The notes beneath the pieces are model-generated. The model saw only the letters and a list, made by a program, of their open reading frames with translations. It did no database searches and was not told the DNA's origin. 64,000 nucleotides of DNA from Iphione sp. A-MEVVRFRX5. Taxonomy: Eukaryota. Of the stretch, positions 49,671 through 62,875 are shown piece after piece. The translations under genes and the position numbers were made by a program. The stretch spans positions 105,896,001-105,960,000 of the forward strand of contig OZ320313.1 in assembly GCA_976226885.1 (NCBI GenBank), given 5' to 3'. Position 1 is the stretch's first letter. Each line of letters opens with the position of its first letter.

Positions 49671-52600
49671 AAATCCTACACTCAACTCTCCTTGGGGTTT
49701 CTGATAAGCCTGCTTCTTAGCCTGTGGGATTGAGGCAAAGGCACCAGGAGGACGGCCCTTTGCCAATGGGTCCCACTACTACTACTCTTCGTCCTTCTAG
49801 CTCTGGGGGTCGCTCTCCTGCGTTCGTTAATATAACGAACTGTGCCCGGCACTTCACAGACGGCCTGATACGATTAAATATACCGACCTCTCTAGTTAGT
49901 TTGTTCATGATAGCATAGCATGGTATCTTAATTTATGTTGCCACAAATTTCTTCAATATGATTTGCTTCTGAAATTAGATACGAGAGGAGAATATCTTAG
50001 CATTAGCGAGTCCTGCTTCATAGTTTGGATTTTCTAACTACAGCACCTCTTTCCCAGGAATATAGAAAAACTATGCATAGCCAATTATTAGATCCTGTAG
50101 CCATATAAAGTGACAGCCTGCTTTTTGGCACGTGTTTCGAAAGACATCACTAAACAACATTAACACTACTCTGCCCTTAAAAATTTACAAGTTACCTTAA
50201 ATCAAAATAGAGCTCATAAGTATAATGAACATATACCAGATTAACAGTGTTCAACTCTTCTGATGTAGAAAGTCTGAAATGCATGTATCATCACCAAGAG
50301 TATAAACGTCAAGACTTATAATTTATGTATCTATTACTTGTGTTTCCACAACTTACTGATTAGTGACGTTATTAGTGTAGACAAGTAAAAGCGAATAAGC
50401 CATGGGAAAATAGATACGTTTAAAAGCATATGTTTATATATATTATTTTTATTTCAGTTTTTAAACTTTCAATGGAATAAATTAGAACAGGTACCTTCTC
50501 TCGTTAACACGCAGGACTAACCAGCCGACATTTCATACATCCCGTTTTTCTGTTCTTGTTATTATAGATGGTATTAGAGTGTTACCCTGTCAAGGCAATA
50601 CCTACCTCATTTACAGACGTGCAACAGCATGGAAGTGAGATGAAGAAAGTCCATAGTAAGACCCTGCCAGCACCAGAACCAGATACCCCTTTCTAAACCA
50701 GATAGTTCCCGACCGTATTGTAAGAATCTATGTGGATTCGAACCAAACACAGAACTCAATTCACCGTACACCTCTTGTATGAAAATTTAACAAAGCACAT
50801 TTCACGAACATACACCAACCTCAATGTCGGCCGTGGTCTCGATGTCAGCCTGCATACAATGTATAGTGATGGGGTCATAAACATGCCATAAAAAAGACCA
50901 TGTACATAATACTACAGGGATTACTTCAGTCTACAGTTCCTGCTTCAGACACGGCACCGCTTAGGCGAAAGCCGAGATTTACCTTCAGGGATATTGAATT
51001 ACAACAAAGTCATATGTGCCTAAATTTCGCACCACTTTGGAAGGAGTATAAAGCACATTATCATCTACCTATAATGTCCACAGTAAAAGACTCTCTAGGG
51101 CGTCTAGTAGAATACTCCAGGTGGTATAAATGAGAATTTTTCCCAACACATATATTAAACAGGCCAAGAAGCAAATCTGCCTGTATAACAGTAGGCCTAC
51201 TAGCGCTCGCGGCGTCGTTTGTGGCATGCACCACAGATTTCGCATTTATCCTAATGGGTAGCAACTGCCCTTCAGAACATCTACAAAAGACGGCGTCAAA
51301 TCCCCCGACACAGTATAATCTACAACTTAAAGCCGGAGATGCTTTATGAGATAAGCCAGAAGGGCCTGTCAGTCTATACTTTCATCGTGTGATTATTGTG
51401 CTTTTTTATGGATACGGCGGAAGTCGGTCTATTCATCTAGCTCTGAATTTTACCTATTATTCAGCAAAGAGAAGCTACTCCACGAAAGGTTTATATAAGA
51501 TCACCAACATTTACCACGATATACTTATAGACGGAAAGGAACTATGTTGAAGAAGACAAGAAATTTGATCTGAAAACGTTTCCACCCAGCAACATATATC
51601 TCAAAGGGCATTTGCGGCAGCAAAGGACGGCGAAAATAGCTCCTTTGCAACAGCGGAAATATTGCTGCATTGTGCCCAGTAGCTTTATTTATTTCATTGG
51701 CTGAGAAATCTAGACGGGTCAATCTCCCTTGGATGGGACCCTTAGTGGGCATGTGCGGTCGTAGTTAGCTCTTTTAGTGGCAGTCTGCCTCGTTCAGATG
51801 TCAGGGATTATAGGTTGTCTACTAAACTGACACTATTTGCACGCTTCTTTTTGAAAAGAACTTCAAGCCAGATGACAACACGGGTTATGCATTAGGACCC
51901 AGTTATAAGAAGTTAACGTTACTGGGGCCATTAATAGCATTCTGCAATAGCTGCATGTACGCGACCCTTTCCAGTGCTTTACGTGTCACCGATCTCTTGA
52001 TTAAGAAGCTAACTTTAAGAGCTATTAAATATCGCCGCAATAACGGACATTTTCCTTTTTTGTATTTGTTATTTCGTGTTCTTTATGCAGCACTGTTCTT
52101 TTGTAACTTTGTGAAGGTAATGCCATTTCCTTATTTTCCTTATATTATTTGATCGTATTTTGGCCGATTAGGGATGGTACTGGTCTTGTATTACCACCAT
52201 ACAGTTATTCCCCAACTTAGGTGGGCTTACTTGTAGATGCAGAATGAGAGTAGCACTGTATTGAGGTATAGCTGTACTTGATCCTAAACATATTTACCCA
52301 GATTTCCATCTAGAGTTTCAGACATAAACAACGGTAGCTTGGCACGGCAACATCGCAAAAGAAATCACCGAGCTTAAATTTTTGAAGCTTTGTCCAATAC
52401 TGCAGTTAATCAAGGAAAAATATTACTCTCATGTAGATGCCACATACGTATGATATTATATGTGTACACGGTTACAACTCTGGTACTGCTATTTAGGGAC
52501 TAAATGGTCAATCTTAGCCAATGTGCACTTGCCTTGTGGACAAAATCAATAGCCTTATCCTTATACTAAGACCTAAACCCCTGACGTTAGAGTTATGAAT

Positions 52601-52970
52601 AATTAGCTGCCACCTACCTAAGTCCCTACAACCATCTGTACGAAATTTGCATATTGGATGATGTACTCATCATACAAAGCCCTATTATCATTGAGCACTG
52701 CTTGATATCTACATGCGTGCCATCCATCATTTACCATTGTCAGGTCATTAACTTTTCCAACAGTGTCCCAAAGCAAGTGGTTGAATGCAATCATAAGTAC
52801 ATAGGCAATATAGCCATCACATCAATTCACCTGCTTGGGTGAAAACCTCTGTATATGAAATGTCTACAGGACAGCGATGCAGATGCATAGTCATATACAT
52901 TGGCATTTGGCCTAAGCTGTTTATTTACTTGTCCAAGGAGAGACTTTAATCATGCGTCAGCGATACTCAC

Positions 52971-53162
52971 CTGTACGGCGATATTCGCCGAGTTGTTAGC
53001 GAACTGGTCGGACAGCTGTTGGCAGCGCGCTCGCAGGGCCTCGATGTCCTTATCCTTGGCCAGCACAAGCTTGGCATGCTCGGCAAGGTCCTTGGCTCGC
53101 TGGCGGCCGTACGCCTTCTTGACCTGGTCCGAGTCGGTGGGCGACCCCCGTTCGGTGGACTT
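52971..53162 (-). CDS. TSPOAP1/RIMBP2: RIM-binding protein family, internal coding exon (192 nt, phase 0/0): KSTERGSPTDSDQVKKAYGRQRAKDLAEHAKLVLAKDKDIEALRARCQQLSDQFANNSANIAVQ
   Basis: Acceptor cttttgtgtcttgcag, donor gtgagt. KAYGRQRAKDLAEHAKLVLAKDKDIEALRARCQQL resembles the recalled TSPOAP1/RIMBP3 segment KALARQRARDLSETASALLAKDKQIAALQRECREL. In frame with the upstream exon. Confidence 0.92.
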
Positions 53163-54376
53163 CTGCAAGACACAAAAGATGCGACCGTCAAGGCCTTGTG
53201 GTATTAATAGGCCTTCTACCCACTACAGGATGGAGAGAGCGTCAAGGTTGTGGTTAGCATACCAAATTTGATGAAACTTGGCAAAAAACAACATGTTGAA
53301 ATGATTACTTGATCTTTTTATATATCGTTGGCTTCTTTTTCGACCTTGCTTTACTTCGTTTAGTAAGCAGCAGACGAGCTTGATACTGGCTGGTTAATTA
53401 CCTTTACATATCATGGAAATAAAGCATAGTACTCGTACCACAATATGTAATCAGAAGGCTGACCTGGGCATGCATATTATAGCAGCAATCTGTTTCATGC
53501 ACAATGCAAATATTCTTACTCTTACGAGATGTTCTTATGTCTAGTAGATACATATTATGTTTTAAGGCTACGTTGTATTTCTATACATGTATATCCTTAA
53601 GCACCTCGTGAAATCATCTCTTAAACTGCCTTTTCCTCTAGTACCAAATAAAAATACATTATTAGCCCAACTGCACTTTTTAAATAGCAACATTATGTAC
53701 TTTGACATACATGTCGCTATTAGTCTCTACTTATCCTTTATTCGCTGGTGCATAGGTCCCTGTTCCTCTTCAGTGCCTAGTGCCCAGTGCAAATTTACAC
53801 AGAAACAAACCTGTGGTTGGCAAGCACTTTAGTTCCTGCTGTAACTCTTCTAAGTATCCATCAATAACTGTCTGCCCTACATTTGGTCGTGTATACACAC
53901 CTAACTAACAACCATTTCGTTGCAAGTCTGTAAATCAGTGTAAGCACACCAACCTATCATCCTGTATCTGCCGGTAGCTTCAGTACCTAATGTAAGTATG
54001 CCTAACTGAGCCATCACTGGGGGAGGGGAGGGGTGGTTTGCACTGTCAAGCTCTAATAAGTCTTTAATTGATGTAGGTACCTCTTTCGTATTTCCTAGGC
54101 ATAGAGCCTTTGCTAAGCAAATAAAGTCATCTGCACCTAAAGAATGGAAAAAGGTTGGCTACAACAATCAGAAAAATGAAAGTTGGACAAAGTCCAACCC
54201 TCCAAGTGATGGGGAAATTGTCAGCCTCTAACTGTCTATCGTTCACTTTTGGGTACAGGTACACCTAATAAACTAACTTCAAACATATTTTTCTTGATTT
54301 TCCTGGTGCAACTATACCTCCTAGTCAGTCTCTGTCTGTTCTACAGTGGTGGGTGCATTTTTCTAATGTGACTTAC

Positions 54377-54505
54377 CTTGGTGTCAGCTTGTAGTTGTTT
54401 AGCCTTCTCCTCAAGTTTACGAGCAATGGCAGCAAGCTCTGCATTGCGCTTCTTAAGTTTCTTGATCTTCTCTTCAGCTGGCTTTTGGTCGTCTGATTTG
54501 TTTTT
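54377..54505 (-). CDS. TSPOAP1/RIMBP2: RIM-binding protein family, internal coding exon (129 nt, phase 0/0): KNKSDDQKPAEEKIKKLKKRNAELAAIARKLEEKAKQLQADTK
   Basis: Acceptor ttctcttggttgtag and donor gtaagt flank an open 43-codon frame. LKKRNAELAAIARKLEEKAKQLQ resembles the vertebrate TSPOAP1/RIMBP3 motif LKRKNAELAVIAKRLEERARKLQ (recalled from memory, not aligned by tool). Confidence 0.9.
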
Positions 54506-57500
54506 CTACAACCAAGAGAAGCAGTTTATTAATTTCCTATGTGCACAAATGATGACCACCGTGGTGCTTTAGTACTAATATTGGGGTTGGACAAGGTGAC
54601 AGCTCTCTTATCATTGATAAGTAATAGGAATCAGATGACTGACAGCAAAAGTCGCCTTCACTGTCATCGTTGGCCAAAACACTTCTGCTACTGGTCTATT
54701 TTGCATTCCCTGTAAGAAACCGAAAGTTAGGGGCCGAAAAGAAGTAAATGTGAATAGTGGAAGGGTCGGGTCGTACATCCCCAAAGACTAAAACTGGTGT
54801 GATTACCTTTGTTAATTTTACATGAACTAAAAAGGCTACATCAAGTCATATAATTTTGGGGCCTATAGTTTGAAGGAAGACACACACAAACATGTATATT
54901 TTTATTTATAAAAATGTATCAAAAACTAGCCTTTACATGGATAATTATGTGCGTTAAAATATAGGATATTTCGAAACATACAAACAAGGTTTCACTACAG
55001 GTTTTATACATTTCAATTTGCTGATATGATGTGCAACCTGGTGGAAAGGTTTGAAGGGTTTGAGATTTTCCTTCGCCATTTTTCGTAAGCGTTTGTGCCT
55101 GAGTTACTCTCGGATCAACATCGATATGACAAACGATATCTTGCTAGAAATAAGACGCAACATTAGGTGATGTACATTGCTACAGCATAAAGTCTACTAC
55201 GGTAACTGTATATTTCATCTCCTCTCGTGTGCAATCTGTTGTTCTTATTGCCATTGGCCTATCGCTGAGAGGCTTAGACAATCTTATGGTTCCAAAGAGA
55301 AGTTGTTGTTATAAAGAGCACGTGAAGCATATATTTCAATATCCACTGAAAACATTATTAAGAATATTAAAGGAAGCAAATTGGCTGGCGGAGAGAAATT
55401 TCCAGGGCAGTCGATATTATCTAGTATTACCTACTTACGGCCAACGTCAATGAACTAGTTGAAGATTCTAACTGATCCGCTAATACTGATTGTAATATTT
55501 CCATGATATTCGTAATATAACACACACGCCAGGGTTACCGGTAACGTCAACATTAGAACTATGTTGAAAAATATCCACTTTTACCGTGTGTACGGTCGAT
55601 GTAACCTTCATCGTCATGTCAGCAGCCAAGTCACTTAGACAGACTCATTAAACGAGATCGGTAGAGCTGAGCGAGCTCTTATCCTCCTGATAAGAAGGAT
55701 TTTCTCAGAGACAAACTACCCTAAAAACCCATGTGCAAGCTAATTCGAGGGGATTTCTGTATAATGGAGCCAGCAAGCAGTAAAGGGTCTCACTATAACC
55801 CAACGAAGTACCAATTAAAGGTTTGTTTCCAGGATATCTAGCCGTGGCTGTTTGTATTGAGTCCCACGTCTAGTTTAGCTCGTGCAGTTCGTGAAAGGAC
55901 AATTAGAGGGCACTCAAAGTTTTAAAGTGAAAACAGGTAATAGCCAATTAGGCTATTGCAATGACTGTATGACGATGTTAGGTGCGATATAATATTTGGC
56001 TGACTTGCAGTTGCCAGTTTCTTTTGTAAATGGGATGCAAGGAGATCTCGCAAAAATGAAGAAATTGTATGTTTAAATATTTTCTTGGAATAAAGATCAC
56101 AAAAATACATAAAGTCATACTGGTAGCAGATTTTTCGACCACTAGTATGAAGTAAAGCACCAGGATGATGAACAGGACTAGATAAACAAAACCGGTAGTC
56201 AGAAAAGCTTGAAAGAGAGTGCACTAAATGCACTTTTGCTTTTCTAACGTCGTCTGCTTTGTGTAAACCGCCAGAAGCAAACTAACATCAAACCAGTGAC
56301 CGCTTGAGTAAAGATAATTTCCAAAGCAAGTTGATTTAGTTAGCAGGTCCTGGTGAAACATGCCCAAACGACTTTTAGGAGCGCACTACCTTGTTTGAAT
56401 ACAGCCCAGGACAACACTAATCCCTTGGGCCTGTTTATGACGCCTATTTAGGGCCGTCGATATTGTATAGATGGCGGGTCTCCAGATGATTTATGTTCCA
56501 GCTACTCCACCAGAAAAATTAGCGCTAATGAAAATGGCTCGCTCGAACAGTTCCCCTCATCAAGTAACGTCTATTATTTGATGGGTGTATTATCCTTTAT
56601 CGCTTTGTAGACTAATTGAGAAAAGGGTGAAGGCAGCCGTGAAGTATAAATTATAAAGAAGAGAATCAACCTTGAACATAAATATTGGCAGTGTTTAAAG
56701 ACAGGTAGTTAAGTGACCTCACCTAACATCAAATAGACACGGTTAACACGGCGATTTCCCTATTCGTATGACAAAGCTCTTTGCATGCATTAAAAACATT
56801 GTTTAGAATAGCATGCAGAGCCAATATGGATTAGAATACATTCATTGAATCTTTCAGCATACATCTCAACTAACTGTACAAGGACTCGTCATTTTGTCGT
56901 CTTGCTTCTGATTTTGCCGACAGCATTCTATTAACCGCATGCCCTGCAGTGAACGTTTTCTGTCTTATTGAACTCTTCCTGTTGAAATGAGCAGTACGTC
57001 AACAGCATTAAGCAAAAGAAGAACAAATACTGGTATACATGCGTGCATTGTCTGGGTCTTTTTCTTTTTAACGTAGTTACTATATGACCACCGGTAAAGG
57101 TTGGAGACTACCACGACATGTATACGTCGGTAGAGCTGACAGGGAGGGAACAGCCACGTGACATTATGCGCCACCTGGCCACGGGCCAGTTGGTGAAAGA
57201 GGGGTGGTCATCCGCCCCTCCCCCCCCCCCCACACACACCATGTATTAATATGTTAAGGAAGGAGCAAAGACAGCGTGAAGGCTCGGAGTGGCGTCATAT
57301 TTATTAGAGCTGTAAACATGTGCCAGCTGTTAATTCCTACATTGCGTTCAAATGTAGCTGAAAGAAAAGGTTGTCCTCATTTATTCACCGAAATGTGTCG
57401 GGAATTCTTCACATCTGTAGAGTAACTTTAGTTTTCAGGAATGTTTATACAGCGTATTGCCTACACGTTGGTGCATGAAGATGAGTTGAATGATTTATTA

Positions 57501-59199
57501 CATAGTGTTGGGGACATACCTATACGTGCATATGTCTACCCTGGTGATATTTTGGCACTACATGATTGTGTTTCTCGTAAATGGTGTCATGCTTGGCTTA
57601 ATGTAATAAATATAGACTATCAGTTAGAAGCTCTTAAATAGTGTGAATATATCGATAAAATATCTATTGATACATTCTTACAGAAGGAATGGAATTATCA
57701 ACTAATAATCCCAATAAAGCTCAAGTCAGACCTCCAGGTAAAATAGAAGTTTTTATTTTTGATGTGCGCACAAGGGTTCGACGCCCCTGTTTTGGGTTCT
57801 TTGTTCCGAGAGTTATTGTGTATTAGGGAAAAGACACCACAACGTATTGGGAATATCATTTGACTCAATATTGTACATTCCCCTATGTCTAGGAATTATC
57901 CAAATTTCAACCTGTCTTTAAACAGAAGCGATATCTTTTTTCATGTAAAGGCTCTAGTGAAAGCCTCCAGAAGAAACAGTGCATACCTGTAAAATACATT
58001 GTTTTTTTAAATGGTGCGGGAGAATGTACGTTTGGACAGAGCTGGTTCAGTTCCTTATGCTTTCTACTTGAACACATCGCCTTTTGTTTTGAATAAGTAT
58101 GTCTCTGTGGGGGAATACGAGTGATGGATGGTTGTAAGGGCAGATAGTTTGCATAGTATACATGTACTAAAATGTGCAACACATTACGTGACGAAGAGCC
58201 TCGAGTCGGTTCTTGGGTCGGTGTGTTATGTTTCTGGATGCAGCGGAGTCTCGTGACTGGGGACATCATAGATACACGGACACCCTTGGACCATGAACAT
58301 TTGAAACTGGAAAAGCATCCCATTTCGGCTATACATGATACCATTGAGGACTGGAGACATCTCCCAAATGGTGACACTATTACTGGGCACCCAGGCTGTT
58401 CCCAGTTGAGAGACTCTATTCTACCGGTGCTACTAGCGATTACGACCCTATCCCACGGTGACTCCTGCGATATCAATAACGTGGGCATCGAAACGAAGCG
58501 TCAGACCATCAGAATAGTCAGCGTCTCGACAAAATGGCCACCCATCGTTCCAAGCAAAAGTGGCTACAATAGCATGTTGACCGCATTCCTGATTGTGTTC
58601 CAACTCCAACCGTCGTATTGAAATGACATTTCTGGCCAAGATGTTTGCAATGTTTTTGAGGAGACAGCTAACTTTATAGGCATTACATAAGACTACCACC
58701 TGACGCTTCGCCCAGTGTTTATTCAGTGACTAACTATATTTCTGATGTGTTTGTCAATTTCCATACCCATATTACAGAAAACACGGGCCAAAGTGGCTAC
58801 ATTTTATATCTGACAGTTCTGGTATTTCCCCACATTAAATTATGGTGAAAGAAATTATACTCGCCTCATCATCATGATACTACACATATAAAATGTCGCC
58901 TAAATGTGGAGCCGGCATATGAAAACGAATCCCCAGGTATATGATATTTGAGAAAAGGTCAATTATTTATTATATCTAGTCATGTCTTCTGTACAATTAT
59001 TTGAAAATGGTACAATTGACATGTTAGTGGCCTGGAAAATAAGTAGTTTAGCTAAAAAAAAACAAGAATAACATTTCATTACTTTTCAGTTAGGTGTAGG
59101 GATATGGAAGAAAGGGAATCCTCAGTGATGATGTCATCAAAGTGACAATGCTCCTCAAGTCCTCAAGTAGAACCAAAGAAAGCAAAGTACTACCTCTTA

Positions 59200-59300
59200 C
59201 ATCTTTCGTTCTCTCTCCGTCTGTCTCCCTCTCTGTCTCTCTGTTTCTCTCTCTCCTCTGTCTTTGTTTTTGTCTGTCTGTTTCTCTCTCTCTGTTTCAC
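59200..59300. repeat. Degenerate CT/CTGT-rich low-complexity tract
   Basis: ctctctccgtctgtctccctctctgtctctctgtttctctctctcctctgtc... Confidence 0.8.
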
Positions 59301-62300
59301 TATGCGTGTGCACGCACACTCGCTATCTTTTTCTGCAGACATAACTTCCGAGTGCAAATTCACGCGGCGATACTGATGAGCAGGAAGACAGCCGCCTGGG
59401 ATCATGACTGAAACATGTTTTCCTAGTGTTGATATAATTCATAATGCAGCAGGCTGTTAATTAATATTAACGGCAAACAAAGCCAAAGACCTGCATAATG
59501 TCTGTGATCGGTCTGTAGCCATTCTTTCTGGCTGGAAAGAGACGAGTAATTTGCATAATTCTAGGACAATTTAATTAACTGCAATAAAAGAGTCATTCAT
59601 ATCAGGATTACCCGTCGCCGCTTATGATATAATGGAGAAGCCAAGCCTGATTCTTTTTTTCTAATTTAAAAAAGGATGCATAATTGAAGAACCTGCACCC
59701 ATACACAAATACACACACGCACAAACATACACATGCTACCTCTACGTCTAGTTCCATATGTGCATATATACCTGTAGGCATTGTGCATAATTTTTTACGT
59801 ATATCCTACAGCCTGTGTGGTATCAATATAGGTAATTTATAGAGGCAACTGGAATTAATGCCCAACCAGTTCACAGGGACCTACCTCCACCCCCTCCTGT
59901 GTAATCCTAACCTGGTACTAGTCCTGCGACCACGTGATTCATCAGGCTAAACAGCCTGAAGTTTTCAGATAGGCGTTTAGTCAACCCCTATAGTGGCCTG
60001 AAGCCCTTTGTTTCTGACGTGAAATGTGCCTACATACATGGTCTAATTGGGGGTTTATGTGACAAAAATTTGCCATTTTCTCAAACCTGCGTGAAGAAAG
60101 GCAGTGAGAACATCCTACGTGCCGTTCAATATGTGTAGGGAGCAACTATACGTGTGGGGACAAGAGCTCGTAAATCTTAGATTAACACTAAAGAAATGTT
60201 ATTCTGTCAAACATACACAACGTACAATGCATGCGAAAGTCTCTTTCTGTAGTGAGAAATCGATTTCAATATAATCTTTTTTTACCTTTGGCATATGCTT
60301 GTGTTTTACTAGAGAACTGACAGATATGCTGTCGATGGTCGTATTAGCATTGCGTGTATGTTAAAGAATCTCTCATGGGTCAGCAATGCACAAAGACGTA
60401 TTTGCGTTGCTCATCAAATCTGACATTTGTAGTGCAGGTACATGCGTGTAAACATCCCTTGCCCATGCTGATTGTTTGGCCTCTCCTTGAGAGTGTCAGG
60501 TTAACCACGATAATACGTGTTGAACGTTTTTAACCTGGTAGTATCGACAACGTTGTTATGACAAGAGCCTCAGAAGAGCTTTTATCTATTTTAGAGTCTC
60601 AGAAGGAGAAATCAATATCTTTGCAGCTAATCTGTTCATCGATTCCCGAATGCCACGACATGATCTCTAGATTGTTTCTATCGACGCAGGAATTGTAATT
60701 GGTTCAATCGAATTAGAGATCTAGATTTATTATCCTTTACCTAAACGGTCCTTTCCGTAAACGGTGATGTTATCCTGAGTATAAGCTTTCGTAAAATGGG
60801 TAGCTTGTTATACAATGTTGCTCCCACAGGACTTTTGGTGTTTGTGATAAGGAAAATTTACTTTCAAATGATGGCGTATTTTATCAGCCATATTTTTGTC
60901 CTCCAAACCTAGATAATCAGCATTTTTCATGCTTGTACATTTGCTTAGGCAGCTTTTCTATGCACATGTATTTATGTTGTCGGATACGTAGCCATAATGC
61001 ATTTCGTATGCTCAAAGACCAAGCTGATCGAGTGTCTTCCTACGTACACATATTAACTATAGTAGGCACAACACAGCGTGACTATGTGTGCATGGGAAAA
61101 CCCCGCCTTAGAGCTTGTACTGTACGAATATGATCATACATACACGTTGTCTGTATTTTTAAGTTCGAGGGAAATCAGTTTGATCTAAAAAAACGCATCA
61201 AATAGAAGGAAAACCTTTACAGAATGGAAGCACTGACAGCGTGTTTAGCTTTTGACTTAGCGCTGCAATCAGTACCATTCATGTTTATATACTGTTTTTA
61301 GTCGTGCTGTCATACTCTAGCAGTTTCCTTTTGACAACTCCTTAAAGCTTGCTCAAGTGGGCATGACATTCTATATTCTGAACATTTACCATTACATGTA
61401 TTAAACAGAATCTTCTTAAGCAAATTTTGCAGCATTGTCTGCTACTAAACCTGCATACGTATAGACATGTATACATGTAATTACATTGACATAGCCTGTT
61501 CACAACAAAAATCTTCATGGCAGTATACATGTGTAATAACCCCTGGTTATTTCCACATCTCCATGGTTCAGAAGATTTACTATTCCAAGTAAATCTACCC
61601 AGTACAGATTGACACTAAAAAGGTCCATCACTATTCCAACACCTCGCGAGGTTTTGATTTTAACATAACTGTGTAACGAAGAACCTCTGTCTGCTACGTT
61701 ACTATTGTCTGGAAGTATGTTTAGACCTGTAATAGTGTAGCTGTTTATGAAAATTGGTCTTGCATGGCTTGAATACTTCCTCTATAAACCACACTTACGC
61801 TACTTAACCGATATATGAGGCAAAACAACAGCCTACATTTAGTGTTTCTTTCTTAGAACGGAGAAAGTACAGCTGTTACACAATAGGTCTCTGGCTAGCT
61901 AGACTGGGGATTTATTTTCCGACAAACTTGTGTAGACTTTAAGAGTGGGGACACCTTTAGTGTCTGTGTTAAACGTCAAAGTACCGTTACAAGCAAGAAG
62001 TGTTGTGTGCTTCATATTGACCTAAGGGTATATAAGGGAAATCTTAGACATTGAACACTAACGGTATACAAGTGTTAAGTACGAGGATTAATGAGAAAGT
62101 AGCATTTGGTGGACGGCCCACCAGGGATAAACCTTGGTTCAAAGTTTAATGGCATTAGGATACAGTAGTAGATTTGTTTTCGCTTGCGTAGCCTGGCTAA
62201 CATTAGATTACTGCAGCAGTCCTGACTGTGCAGACTTCAGTTGTAAGGTTTGCACTGTGCGCTTGAATGTATGAATGTGTTCAAAAGGTGATTAACAGTG

Positions 62301-62551
62301 AATGTATGGGGAAGTGTGAGGAGCAGGTTTCATGACAACATATTTGTTTGTGTGGGTGTTACCAACAGGCCACCAGAATATATTTGCACAGGCCTAGTGT
62401 ATAGAATAGAATGGTATCTATTCATTCAAAGTCAATCAGCAAGCATTCCTGAACTGACTGATCACCGCATCATGTAAAAACATCAAAATGACTATACAAC
62501 GGTGTTTACATTTTTCTGGGTAGCAGGCAAAAAATAGTTATAGCATAGCGT

Positions 62552-62875
62552 AGGCATAAAAAATTATATTTCCGGTAACAAACTGAAAAAATTGAGGGTC
62601 AGTCATTATGTGGTATTTTCTCAACTTTTATTTTTTCCCAGTGTCAGTGGAACTTAAAACCAACAACTGTATGTGGCAATACCACTTAGATTTTGTTGAA
62701 ACGTATACCAAATGAAAGCTAGTAACCCAAGAAACAGTTTGGTGTATAGTTTATGTTTCTATAATTATTCACACCAGAGATATTCACAAAACAAAAATGA
62801 AATAAAAAGTTCCATTGACAGCAAAATGAGGGTCAGTTGAGTTACTGAAAACTGAGAGCTTCTTTTATTAGGCCT
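62552..62875. mobile_element. MITE-like element with degenerate terminal inverted repeats
   Basis: Left end aggcataaaaaattatatttccggtaac; right end gttactgaaaac...ttttattaggcct. Internal duplicated tgagggtcagt near 62597 and 62827. The right end resembles 38637-38680. Confidence 0.5.

Noticed and set aside
50730-50750. GGTTCGAATCC B-box on the minus strand
   Set aside because: No A-box or cloverleaf at tRNA spacing.
45971-52970. Intron of exactly 7,000 bp
   Set aside because: Round-number coincidence with no biological meaning.
57907-58699. Overlapping 149-193 aa ORFs on both strands
   Set aside because: No recognisable domain or splice structure linking them to the RIMBP frame; an HYYW integrase-like word has the wrong spacing.
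59360-59420. CTGATGAG followed by a short stem, like a hammerhead ribozyme core
   Set aside because: Stem II is not followed by GAAA, and stems I/III are missing. Other CUGANGA and HDV-like TCCTCG hits also failed.
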